From Oopsacas minuta (lineage: Eukaryota > Animalia > Porifera): a stretch of DNA of 64,000 bases. A model generated the notes under the pieces. It worked only from the letters and a program-made list of their open reading frames with translations. It was not told the DNA's origin and ran no database searches. The DNA lies in contig JAKMXF010000022.1 in the NCBI GenBank assembly GCA_024704765.1, forward strand, positions 62,001-126,000, written 5' to 3'. Below are positions 46,393 through 56,661 of the stretch, piece after piece (positions within the stretch are counted from its first letter, which is position 1; each line of letters begins with the position of its first letter). Both the position numbers and the translations under genes were made by a program.

Positions 46393-47943
46393 ATGGAAAC
46401 AGAAAATACAAATGCGAAAAAAGCAACTCCTCTCCCAATTTTAAAAGTGCTTATAATTTCTTCAATCTTGTTTGCTAATGTGTTCGGCTTAATGTTAATA
46501 TTCCCGATTCTACCATTCATTACACACGACTTCTTTCCTAATCTCGGCAAGAGCGAATTGGGATATAAGCAGGGCTATTTGGGTACAGCATTTCAAGTAG
46601 GAAAACTATGCGGTGTATTGGTTTGGGGACGACTTTCAGACATCTATGGGAGACGCCCTACTATGCTGTGTGGGCTCTTGGGTAGCATTACATGTATCTT
46701 GTTATTTGGTTTCAGTCAGAGCTTTGAATGGGCCTGTACTAGTAGATTTCTATGGGGATTATTGAATGGAAATTATGCTATAGCAACTACATATCTCTCT
46801 GAGATTCTAGATGATACGAATCAAGCTGGGGGATTTATATTTATTGGTATTGCCTCTGCTCTGGGAAGATTAGCAGCACCTGTAATAGGAGGCTTTCTCA
46901 GTCAGCCGGCTAGCAAATATCCTTGGTTGGATATTCCGTTGTTTAGAAGGTTTCCCTACCTGCTTCCTTGCTTATTTGGCGTAGCAGTAGCTACTTTCTC
47001 ATTCATTGGAGCTTATAAGTATCTCAATGAAACGTTGGAACGATCCAAACGTCACGAGGACACAGATCAGGCATGGCTAAATATTCCGAATGACAAGGAC
47101 CTGTATAGATATCAGAGCATCCGATCTAGAATGCATAGGGAGTTGTGTTTAATTTTGAAAGAGATTTTACAGCGTAATACCTTGCTTGCTATTCTTATAT
47201 ACTCAGCTGTTGCTTTCATAACTATGATGAGCCAGGAAATTGTACCGCTACTGATGGTAACAGATTATGTGCATGGAGGTTACTGTATGGATGGAAATGA
47301 AATAGGATTGTTGTTCGTATCAGGAGCTTCCTTCTTTCTCTTCAATCATATATTCCTGTTATCAAAGGTAATTAAATGGCTTAACTACAGAAGGACAATT
47401 CGTCTTTACTTTCTTGTCTATATCTTAGCAGTAATCATGTTACCGTTTGTTACAGAGATAACTGGTCCGATACCAAGCTCAACTGCCTACCTTGTAAACG
47501 ATACATCCAAAGAATGTCATTTCTCAATTGAGTCTGGTAAAGAAGCACTCAATGTAAATTCTATCAAAAGAATACCATTACTATTTTGGTTCTTACTGTT
47601 TCTTATTATGTCTCTGTTGATTTCAGCTAGAAACAGTCTCTTAACTTCAACAGTAGTATTGCTGGGAAATTCAAGTGAGCCAAGGTTTCGAGCAACTATA
47701 AATAGCTTGGGCCAGTTTGCTGCTGCTATTTCTCGCCTGGCTGCACCAGCTATCGGAGCTATACTCTTCGCTTGGAGTGAAGGAAATAATTTGGGATACC
47801 CGTTTAATTATCATTTAACCTTCCTTGTATTGGGACTTGTGATTATTGCAGTGTTTTTTCTGTCTTTTGGGTGGACAAAGCAAGTTGAGATTAAGAAAAA
47901 TCACAATTTAATTCAACCGGCTAACAAGAAACCTCTAGTATAA
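46393..47943 (+). CDS. Major facilitator superfamily transporter (DHA1/ZIFL-like), intronless, 516 aa
   Basis: About 12 hydrophobic segments; motif A WGRLSDIYGRRP; RFLWGLLNGN; APVIGGFLSQPASKYP; YPYLLPC-like FPYLLPC. Confidence 0.9.
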   Translation: METENTNAKKATPLPILKVLIISSILFANVFGLMLIFPILPFITHDFFPNLGKSELGYKQGYLGTAFQVGKLCGVLVWGRLSDIYGRRPTMLCGLLGSITCILLFGFSQSFEWACTSRFLWGLLNGNYAIATTYLSEILDDTNQAGGFIFIGIASALGRLAAPVIGGFLSQPASKYPWLDIPLFRRFPYLLPCLFGVAVATFSFIGAYKYLNETLERSKRHEDTDQAWLNIPNDKDLYRYQSIRSRMHRELCLILKEILQRNTLLAILIYSAVAFITMMSQEIVPLLMVTDYVHGGYCMDGNEIGLLFVSGASFFLFNHIFLLSKVIKWLNYRRTIRLYFLVYILAVIMLPFVTEITGPIPSSTAYLVNDTSKECHFSIESGKEALNVNSIKRIPLLFWFLLFLIMSLLISARNSLLTSTVVLLGNSSEPRFRATINSLGQFAAAISRLAAPAIGAILFAWSEGNNLGYPFNYHLTFLVLGLVIIAVFFLSFGWTKQVEIKKNHNLIQPANKKPLV

Positions 47944-48060
47944 TATAGCAGAGGAGTGCTTATCGATGTTGTATCGTATTTCGAATTTTTGATTGTATTA
48001 TATCATTGTTTTATTTGATTGTAAATATTTTAGGTCATATAAAATAATATACTTGTTTAT

Positions 48061-48372
48061 CATCCCTGCCCGCCCCATTTAATCTCCCTCCTCGGCAATT
48101 TTTTTAATTTTAATACATATCTTTATTTAATACTTATATTCGCAGATGAGCATCTTCGAAACGAGCTAATTATTTAATACTAGCGCCCTTCGCTTGCTAG
48201 GTCGCTGAGCAGTGTGGCTAATCATGTGATTTTTCAAAATTCCAAAAAGGTGGCAATGGCATCATAATTTCGTCAGGTGTGAATTTTCGTCCAAGACTCA
48301 AACCTGTCCGAGTCAGGCCCAAATACCCCTCCCTGTATGGCAAAAATCAGCCCTGGGGTGTGCACTAAATTT
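48061..48372. mobile_element. Probable non-autonomous repeat fragment
   Basis: GC-rich non-coding island in AT-rich intergenic DNA with a small hairpin (CTAGC-GCCCTTCGCTT-GCTAG). A CCCGCCCC.ATTT motif recurs at about 48670. Family not identified. Confidence 0.3.
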
Positions 48373-49095
48373 TTATTATTATTTTTTATTATTATCATTT
48401 AAATTGTACAATAATTCAGATTATAGAGAGGAAGTGAATATTAGTTTTCCCATATTCAGTATAGCTTAATACGAACACCAACGGACCGTACGGTTAAAAT
48501 TTATTCACCTTTCCGGAGTTCATAAACCGGAATAATATCCATTGAAGTACGGTTGTAGGGACCTGATTATGTACGAATATTGTTCGTCTTATCAGAAAGT
48601 CGTATTAACGAGATAGTTAAATAAATTAGTAAAATTACGCTAAGCAAAAAATAAAATAAAATGCCGCTCCCCGCCCCTATTTCGCAGAAAAAATGGATGA
48701 GAAACAAGTAATTTATTTTACATGGCCTTATCAAAAATTTTATTTGTATTTTCTACTGTTCACTTCAGAAAATAAATGCTACACCACAAACCAAATTATA
48801 TTAAATATCTTGAAAGGAAATCTACACCAAATTTTGACTGTAATCAAATACTATGGTGATTATAGGAACAAATTATGGTTGGAAGTGTACAGAGTTCAAC
48901 TAAGCAACAGACTAGTCTACTGGAATTTATAAATTCTTTATCTATAATTTAATACTACAACATTACACTGATTAATAAACAAATTAACTCTTCTCATATT
49001 TCAACCACTAAGCCATCCTTCCATTATAATGGCTGTTATAAAGAGACTGACGGAGAGACTGCTTCATTCTAAATTTTTGTATTCCTGATTTCTAA

Positions 49096-52000
49096 ATGGT
49101 TGACCACGTACCGTCCAATTTAGTAACTGCATGTCGTTTGGGTAAAGAAGCTGAAGTCTTGGAGCTGATCGCCAGTGACCAGGATGTGAATCAGAGGGAC
49201 AAGTCGGGATATATGGGTCTACACTGGGCAGCTTTTCACGGACACTACGCTTGTGTAGTTGCACTCCTCAAGGCTAAGGATCGGATAGATATTAATGCAA
49301 TAGATAATGGAGGAGGAACTCCATTGATGAAAGCTTCATTCAAGGGCCAGACCCCAATTGTCAAGCTCCTCTTAGACAACGGAGCTAATGAGAATATGAA
49401 GGACAATAAAGGGATGCTGGCGGTACATTTCGCATCAGAGAAGGGCCATGATGAGTGCATAGTCCTGCTAACAGCTGATAGGAAGAACATCAATGAGTCT
49501 TCTAATCCTCTCATGATAACTCCACTATATAAAGCAGTGCTGAACAACGAAGAGGCTGCTTGCAGGACACTCATTGATATCGGAGCAGATGTTAACTGTA
49601 TTGATTCTAACCAGAAGACTCCTCTTATGATATCTTGCTCTAAGGGACATGTACAAATTGCACGTCTACTTCTCGATAAGAATGCCCATTTGAATGCTAG
49701 AGATAGTCGCAGAATGACAGCTCTGCACTACGCATGTCAATGGGGACACCCAGACTGTGTTGAGTTGCTGGTTAACTCCATCAACACGTACCAGAACAGT
49801 AACATCAGTGTAATGGATACAGCAAGTGAGGAGGAGGAGCTTAGGTATGCACCAATTCACTACTCAGCAGGTGGTAAGACTAGACCTGGTGAAGTATTCT
49901 CTGAAGAGGACCAGGAGAAATATTGTAGGTGTGTGGAGATATTAGTAGAGAATGGTAGCGAAGTACAACCACTGGCAACCAAGTTCGTAACACCTCTTCA
50001 TATCGCTAGTGACGTAGGTAATACAGCTGTTGTGAAATTCTTGTTGCAGAGAGGAGCTAATCCAAATGCTGAGAACTTAGTAGGAGAGTCTCCATTACAC
50101 TATGCATTGAAACGTAAATATAATAGTGTGATTGCCCTTCTAGTCACCCATGGAGCTTCTCTTTACGCTAACAGCTATGATGGAGTAGCACCAACTCAGC
50201 TGATGGGTCTAGAGGACATTATAGGGATCGTATTCCATGATGTATTGAGCGGGAGTATCGTGGAGGAGGATGAGAGGGGGTATAACATACTGCACTATGT
50301 GTGTAAATGGGGACAGTTGGAGTGGGTAGACAGGTTCCTGGATGATTGTAATGAAGAGGAAAAGCTCACAAAATTGTTCAAAAATTCTGATAATAACCCA
50401 GAATCATTTTCTCCTTTTATTATTTGTGTCCGTTCGGGTAACGATGAACTTGCTGCAGCAATGCTTAAACATTACTTCATAGGACAGAATACAAGAGCTC
50501 TGGAAGTTCTAGAATCTGAGGACTATTATGGAAAAAATGTTCTGCATTTGATTGCAGAAATGAAATGTTATAAAACTCTAGAGACAGTTCTAGACTTGCT
50601 AGTGCATGAAGCAGATGACAATAAATGTAAGTATCAGTTAAATACTACTTATATCTAATTTTAGCCATAATTTATTATCCTATTATTTAGTGACTCTTCT
50701 CCCTGATTTGCTTAACATTAACGAGCAGGGTCAGAAGCCTCCCCTGTTAGCATACACTGATGAGGTAACTAATTACTCACGTGCTAGCCCTACCCTCTAC
50801 CATAAGCTTAATTACCTCAATAGGAATGAACTCACATTCCATCCGGTTGTTAGCATGCTGACAGAGAAGAAGATATCTGTATACGGGAAGTGGTATTTCT
50901 TATCTCTCTTGGGTTTTCTCCTGTATCTGCTATTCATATATATTATGCTGTACACATTGGTGAGTGAACCATCAAGCTCACCAGGATCTTCTCCTGGATT
51001 GACAATAATGTACTTACTCGTGTTGTTATGTCTGATAATAGACATAGTCTGTGAGTGTGCTGAGTTCTTCACAATAACTTATCGTTACTTCAAGAAAATG
51101 CCCAGTATTGAGTGTATGGAACCTGCGAAGATACGAGTATCTGGACAGAAAGCTGGAACAGATATAGAGCTGTACACCTGGATGGATGCAATGGAAAAAG
51201 CTAAGAAATTCCATTACTATTTCTCAATTATATCTTTCATATCTTCACCTAGCATATTCAAAGGATTCTTTCAACTCTCTAGACATATATTTCGTGAATA
51301 TGTGCTAGATATACTCAATCTTCTTGATCTGTTGGGTATCTTCTTCATATTTCTTTTCTTTGTGTTACATTTTGCTCAATCAGATTCTCAATGGATAGTA
51401 GCATCTTTAGCCTACCTATTTAATACACTTAGGATCGGTAAATATCTCCGTCTATTCATTTATACAGGACCATACTTGTATACTATGTTTAGAGGTCTGA
51501 TTACTGACTTCCCTAAATTTATCCTTTTCTTCTTGATAATGCTATCTGCGTTCACTGGTGCTTTTACTCTCTCTTCTCGAGGACAATTTAACAGATCACA
51601 ACTATGTCCTCCCAATCCAGAATTTGAAGATGGTACTCTATGTGATGGACTCACAATATTCATTCATGGAATTCGTGTACTGCTTGCTCAAGGAGAGGTG
51701 TTCCAAAATCCAGAGTACTTTATCATACTTGGTTTCTACTTGACGTTAATATCCGCGATTTTTGTCATATTAACGGTGATATTTCTTCAAAACATTCTGA
51801 TAGCTGCCTTTACAAAAACCTATGAAGATACTCTACAGAGTCCACAACAATACAAATTTAAGATTGTCGTGGAATTCGAAACGAAATCTCTTTTATTTAT
51901 TCTTTTCGGGAAAATAATTCAGCCCCTCACTACCATTCTCAAAGCTAAAGTATCTAAAGATTACTGGTCTAGATATCTAGTACTTGGTAAGTTGAAAAAT

Positions 52001-52221
52001 CATTTTAGTAATTTCATATCCAAATCAAACTGATTGAGCAGATAATTATTATTAATTTGCTCTCTCGTTTAGAAACACTGTTGAATACCAGAAAAACAGA
52101 AGAGATGGTGTACGACCTATCCCAGCACGTAGATAAGCTAGAGAAGCAAAGTAATGAGATTAAGAAAAGTTTGTTAGCAATACAAGGAGGAAAGCCTCAA
52201 ATAGTCAAAGATGATCAATAA
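49096..52221 (+). CDS. Ankyrin-repeat TRP channel, TRPA-like (exons 49096-50626, 50691-51986, 52073-52221)
   Basis: More than 10 ankyrin repeats (GYMGLHWAA, GGTPLMKAS, TALHYAC, VTPLHIAS, ESPLHYAL), six TM segments with LRIGKYLRLF (S4) and FLQNILIAAFTKTYE (S6), and a C-terminal coiled-coil exon. Both introns are phase 1. Confidence 0.88.
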
Positions 52222-52399
52222 CCTACATTTTATTTATATTTACTATTGTTTTAGTGTTTTTAATCAGTTTTGTAGCTATTTCATATTTTCATTTTTCATG
52301 TGTACATATGGTTTTATGATTTTTTAGATTTTCAAGTTTGCAATTCACGATTTCTTCAAATTTCTAATTTTGAAATTAGTATCAAAATATACAAATAAG

Positions 52400-53716
52400 T
52401 TAGGACAGTTCTATCAATTGTTGCTTATCTCTCCAGCAGAGACATAGGAGATGTTCTTCTTGTGTCCATGCTAGCCCCATAGGGTGTAGCAGCTCCAACT
52501 TTCCCTCATTTCTTATAGAACTCAGCTTCAATCCTTCCATGTTGAATACTGCAATACTACAATCATTCGATGAGTCACTCACATATATAAATTCTTCTGA
52601 ACTAACTTCAAAGCTTGTAGGATACAACACTTGCCCTTCAGGACCACGAGTAATTATATCCTTTATTCTCTCATAATTAGATGAGTTCACAAAATGCAAA
52701 CATGTAGCACCCTCATCTAATATAATAACTGTGCTATCTCTAGCTCTGATACTCAATGGATTGACGAGTTCATTTCTATATATTTCCTTCTTAAACTCTA
52801 GTTTCCTATCAAATGCTTGTACTCGATTGTTATCTCTATCACATACAAACAGTAGACAACTCTCTTCATCAAACACCAATCCTTCAGGATGATTGAATTC
52901 ACCATATTTAGTACCTTTTGTTCCAATTCTTCTGACAAACTCTCCATTAAGATTGTAACTACTGATCGAATTTGATCCACTGTTGCTAACGAATAGAATA
53001 TCGTTTGATATTGCAATCCCTTTAGGACATGACATTTTGCCAAATGCAATCTTATCTCCGAAATGGAATAGAAATTCTAAATTAGGCAGATATACACACA
53101 CACGATCATTGTGGCTGTCAGTGACATACATTACTCCTTGCTTACTAACTGCGATGTTACTAGGACAGTTCATTTCACCTAACCCATTCCCTTTATTTGC
53201 TGTAGAATTAACATACTTGTTATGAAAAGATTTATCTGCATGTGTGTTATCCTCGAATTGTACACCAACATCTACAACTTGTGTCTCCTGTACCTGTGTA
53301 TTACCCACTGATTCGAGATGCAATGAGCAAATATTTTCTAGATTTCTCTCCAACTCCCAATTCCAAATACAAACTGCATTCTTTTCTATATTATTCTTTG
53401 TTAAGATTACCTCCTTTTCTGTTTCAAATAACGCTAGACTGTTATCCAGCACATCTCGCAAACTGTTAGCAGCCAGGTTGCTCTCCAGGTCAATAGCTGC
53501 CTTTTTCAAGCTGTCTAAAGCTTCTAATCGTTCTCGTTGTTCTCTGTCATAAAGATCTTCTATCTCACTTAAATGTGCTAGTAGCTTATTTCTTAGGATT
53601 TGGATTGAGTTTATAAGTCTGAAAAAGTTAGTTTCAATACTCTTTCTGATCTCTTCAATCTCCCGTTTAAATCCCAGTGGTAGGTTACTCTTGTCTTCCT
53701 CAATTTGTTCCGCCAT
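52400..53716 (-). CDS. Coiled-coil plus NHL-repeat beta-propeller protein (TRIM-NHL-like, no RING or B-box)
   Basis: N-terminal heptads; repeats CPSNIAV...MYVTDSHNDRVCVY, CPKGIAI...LFVSNSGSNSISSY, FNHPEGLVFD...LFVCDRDNNRVQAF. Confidence 0.88.
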   Translation of the reverse strand: MAEQIEEDKSNLPLGFKREIEEIRKSIETNFFRLINSIQILRNKLLAHLSEIEDLYDREQRERLEALDSLKKAAIDLESNLAANSLRDVLDNSLALFETEKEVILTKNNIEKNAVCIWNWELERNLENICSLHLESVGNTQVQETQVVDVGVQFEDNTHADKSFHNKYVNSTANKGNGLGEMNCPSNIAVSKQGVMYVTDSHNDRVCVYLPNLEFLFHFGDKIAFGKMSCPKGIAISNDILFVSNSGSNSISSYNLNGEFVRRIGTKGTKYGEFNHPEGLVFDEESCLLFVCDRDNNRVQAFDRKLEFKKEIYRNELVNPLSIRARDSTVIILDEGATCLHFVNSSNYERIKDIITRGPEGQVLYPTSFEVSSEEFIYVSDSSNDCSIAVFNMEGLKLSSIRNEGKLELLHPMGLAWTQEEHLLCLCWRDKQQLIELS

Positions 53717-53946
53717 TTTGATAATGTTCCTTTTCTATTCTATTTCTAATTAGGTACTTTGTGTTTAGTATAGTTTCATATTTTGTTAGCAGTAACTCCA
53801 CTACTGACCTGATCCTATTCCAATTTGTATTCTTGATATATGATATTACATAATACCCCTAAAGTATTACTGGTAATTTATATGATATCATGAGGTATAT
53901 CCATATATGGTAACAGAATTATGATATATTGATTAATAAATTATAG

Positions 53947-54375
53947 CTATTTGCTGGAATATTCTCCTCTGAATACGAAGCTGTTTTTCTCAGTTTCTTC
54001 CACCTTCACTTCATGTACAAGTTCTCTTGGCACCAATTGTGTTATACTCTCCCAAAGGTATATTGTGAGATTCTCAGTTGTGCTTACTTTCTTGTAGAAA
54101 TATTCAACATCTAAATCAAGATTTTTGTGATCAATATCTATCATAATTTGTTGCATAGCATGCTTAAGTTCTGCTATATTGTATATCATCCCTGTTTGTA
54201 AGTCTACAGGGCCTCTTAATGTTACAGTCCATTTGTAGTTATGTCCGTGGTAATTCGGGTTGTTACATTTACCGTAAACTTGTTTATTTTCCTCATCAGA
54301 GAGTTGCTTGGAGTGGAGTCTGTGAGCTGCATTGAATGACTCCGTACGTATAGCATAACCTATTGGTCCATTCAT
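53947..54375 (-). CDS. PTS: 6-pyruvoyltetrahydropterin synthase, intronless, 142 aa
   Basis: SFNAAHRLH, KCNNPNYHGHNY, GMIYNI, DHKNLD, STTENL, ETEKN. Confidence 0.95.
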   Translation of the reverse strand: MNGPIGYAIRTESFNAAHRLHSKQLSDEENKQVYGKCNNPNYHGHNYKWTVTLRGPVDLQTGMIYNIAELKHAMQQIMIDIDHKNLDLDVEYFYKKVSTTENLTIYLWESITQLVPRELVHEVKVEETEKNSFVFRGEYSSK

Positions 54376-54462
54376 TTATCAGGCTAAAGATAAATATACT
54401 AAATTATTTAAATACACATATTATAATACGTACGTATAGTGACTAGTGGTATATAATTAGAA

Positions 54463-55299
54463 ATGTCTACCCCCAATCCCACCAGTACCACATACTCCTC
54501 TGAGGAACAACGGAAATTCAACGATTTCCTGCTAGAACTTCTTGATGTAGGATGCACGAAGGGATTCCACAATTTTTCTACACATCTTCGAGGTAGAGAG
54601 GAGATGACTGTTAAAATAGTTAATGAACCATCTATTCCAGTTGTCCTGTCCTCGCAGGTAGCTTCTCCTGGGTTCTCACTTAACCAAAGCATTCTCCGAG
54701 AGAACTTACCCCGATCTAGACAGTCAATGCTCCTGTCGGGACGGTGGCAACGAAGATTGTCAGGATACGGTTTCCTTAACGTCGGTCTCCCTCCTGCCTC
54801 CCCCTCAGAACACGAGACAGATCAAGACAGTGGCTGTACTCTCTTCCTTCTAGCCTGCTATGCTAGATATCACAGACCTTACGCATGGGTTAGAACTAAT
54901 CACCACAGGCTTATTAGACTCAATGCTCATGATGCAACTGAAAAGGATCATCCCCTCAAGCTCAGATCAACTTCTCAGTGGAACCTCCCAGGCAGGGTGC
55001 GAGTATGGGACATAATAGCGGAGCTTGTCACAATCAGCTGTCAACCAATGCCCCCTAATCCATTCCAGGTAGATTTTGATTATTTCGATACTTTAGAACC
55101 ACATGAACGAGCACTAGCATCTGGCGCAATGACTCGTATTTTATTACAGATATTAACTACGGGGACAAGGAGATACAATACTAAAGTACAAGATGATCTC
55201 TTATTGATATCTCAGAGACATTTCGCTACCATGGTATATGTTATGGCACATTCTAAGGATGAGGAAAAACAACAAAATGCAATATCTAATGTAAAATAA
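54463..55299 (+). CDS. Uncharacterised 278-aa protein
   Basis: Clean ATG-to-TAA ORF with coding-like composition and globular-looking segments (GCTKGFHNFSTHLRGREEM, LFLLACYARYHRPYAWVRTNH, VWDIIAELV). No family recognised with confidence. Confidence 0.75.
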   Translation: MSTPNPTSTTYSSEEQRKFNDFLLELLDVGCTKGFHNFSTHLRGREEMTVKIVNEPSIPVVLSSQVASPGFSLNQSILRENLPRSRQSMLLSGRWQRRLSGYGFLNVGLPPASPSEHETDQDSGCTLFLLACYARYHRPYAWVRTNHHRLIRLNAHDATEKDHPLKLRSTSQWNLPGRVRVWDIIAELVTISCQPMPPNPFQVDFDYFDTLEPHERALASGAMTRILLQILTTGTRRYNTKVQDDLLLISQRHFATMVYVMAHSKDEEKQQNAISNVK

Positions 55300-55532
55300 C
55301 AACAAAACTTAGTCACATATGATTATATATATTTATTAATTAATAATTTATAAGTTGAAATTATTATAATGGTCACTTTTCTGCAAATATAATTGTGACG
55401 ATATATCACTAGGGGTGGAGCATGTTTAGAGCATAATCTACTAAGGTAATGATTTAAGCAATTGGTTTGGAAATTTATCTCTATATAGTCAGTTGATTAT
55501 TGTAAAGTTAATCTGTAGGTTCATGTAGGTAA

Positions 55533-55984
55533 CTACGTATCCACATTTATAGGATTGTAACTATTTGAGAAATATTCCGGTATAGTTAATGGGTTGGGTT
55601 TGAGGACAGGTAGTGCGTGCTCATCTTCGTTATCCCAATTCTCGGTTTGATCAGGTTTGTCCCAATTAGGTACAGGAGGAATATCTGTACACCCTTTGGT
55701 AGTGTTACTCACTTCATGTTTGCTCTGTTCGAATGCAATTTCCATGTCAATAGCGCCCTTAGCATCACAGGTCTACATATGGTATTGGAATTCCGGAGCA
55801 GGGATTACGTGTCGAGCATTGAATGGACATGTTCGATACTCACCATACTTGTCGTATTGTTTTCGACATTTACTGATGTGATAAGGTAGTTTCTTTGCTA
55901 CAACTCCGTGTACAGGATCGTAAGGACATACTACTAAGTCATCGGGGTCTAGGATCAGAGATATCGAGAGTAGGTATAGTGACC
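55533..55984 (-). pseudogene. GTSF1: Gametocyte-specific factor 1 (CHHC U11-48K zinc fingers) with an in-frame TAG and a possible upstream frameshift
   Basis: The minus strand reads LDPDDLVVCPYDPVHGVVAKKLPYHISKCRKQ...TCPFNARHVIPAPEFQYHM*TCDAKGAIDMEIA...GCTDIPPVPNWDKPDQTENWDNE. The TAG is at 55775-55773. The start exon was not located with certainty. Confidence 0.8.
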
Positions 55985-56661
55985 TGAAAAATGCGAAAAA
56001 TAGAAATAAACAAAACCAAATTATAAGAAATGAGATTTGGATAACAAAATAAATTTAGAATTATGGTCATCAAGTAATAATAGGACTGTTTGCTCAATCA
56101 GGCTTAATAGATATATTATAGTCTTTAGTTAAGCTGAATAATCCACTGCACATTCGCTTTGAAACACGAATAAAGCCAATTTCCAATCCTACGCTACTTT
56201 CCTAAGCTGTCTTTCGAAACCATTATGTATATCTTGTCGCTATGTATATTGGCTGAGTTAGTAAGATGATAATATGTTCTTCACTCATATTTTTGCAATT
56301 TGGCAATATGCAAAGTACTGTATGTAAATGCTGCAAACGATATTACAAGACATTAAGTATGAAAAGCAGATAGGATAACTTGACAATATTTACGAAGTTA
56401 TCTCTACCAGTCTCGTGTGCAATCATGAAATTATTTCTATCATATTAATACACGCCAAATAGAAAGTTTATTCGTGGTATTAGCTAATACAATTGATAAG
56501 ATTATCTTTTGTATTTTGTATCACGTGTATGTAGTTTTGAAATTGTCCTTTCCCAGTATTATATAGTTGTAGTATTGCACGTGAATGGTTGCTACTTCTT
56601 ATCCAAAATATGTATTTAAATGCTGTAAATACAATACTTTACTAACTCTTTTAGCCTTGAA

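Noticed and set aside
48693-48932. 79-aa ORF upstream of the TRP gene, and the many short antisense or alternative-frame ORFs overlapping long genes
   Set aside because: These are low-complexity AT-rich or shadow frames of real genes with no motif support.
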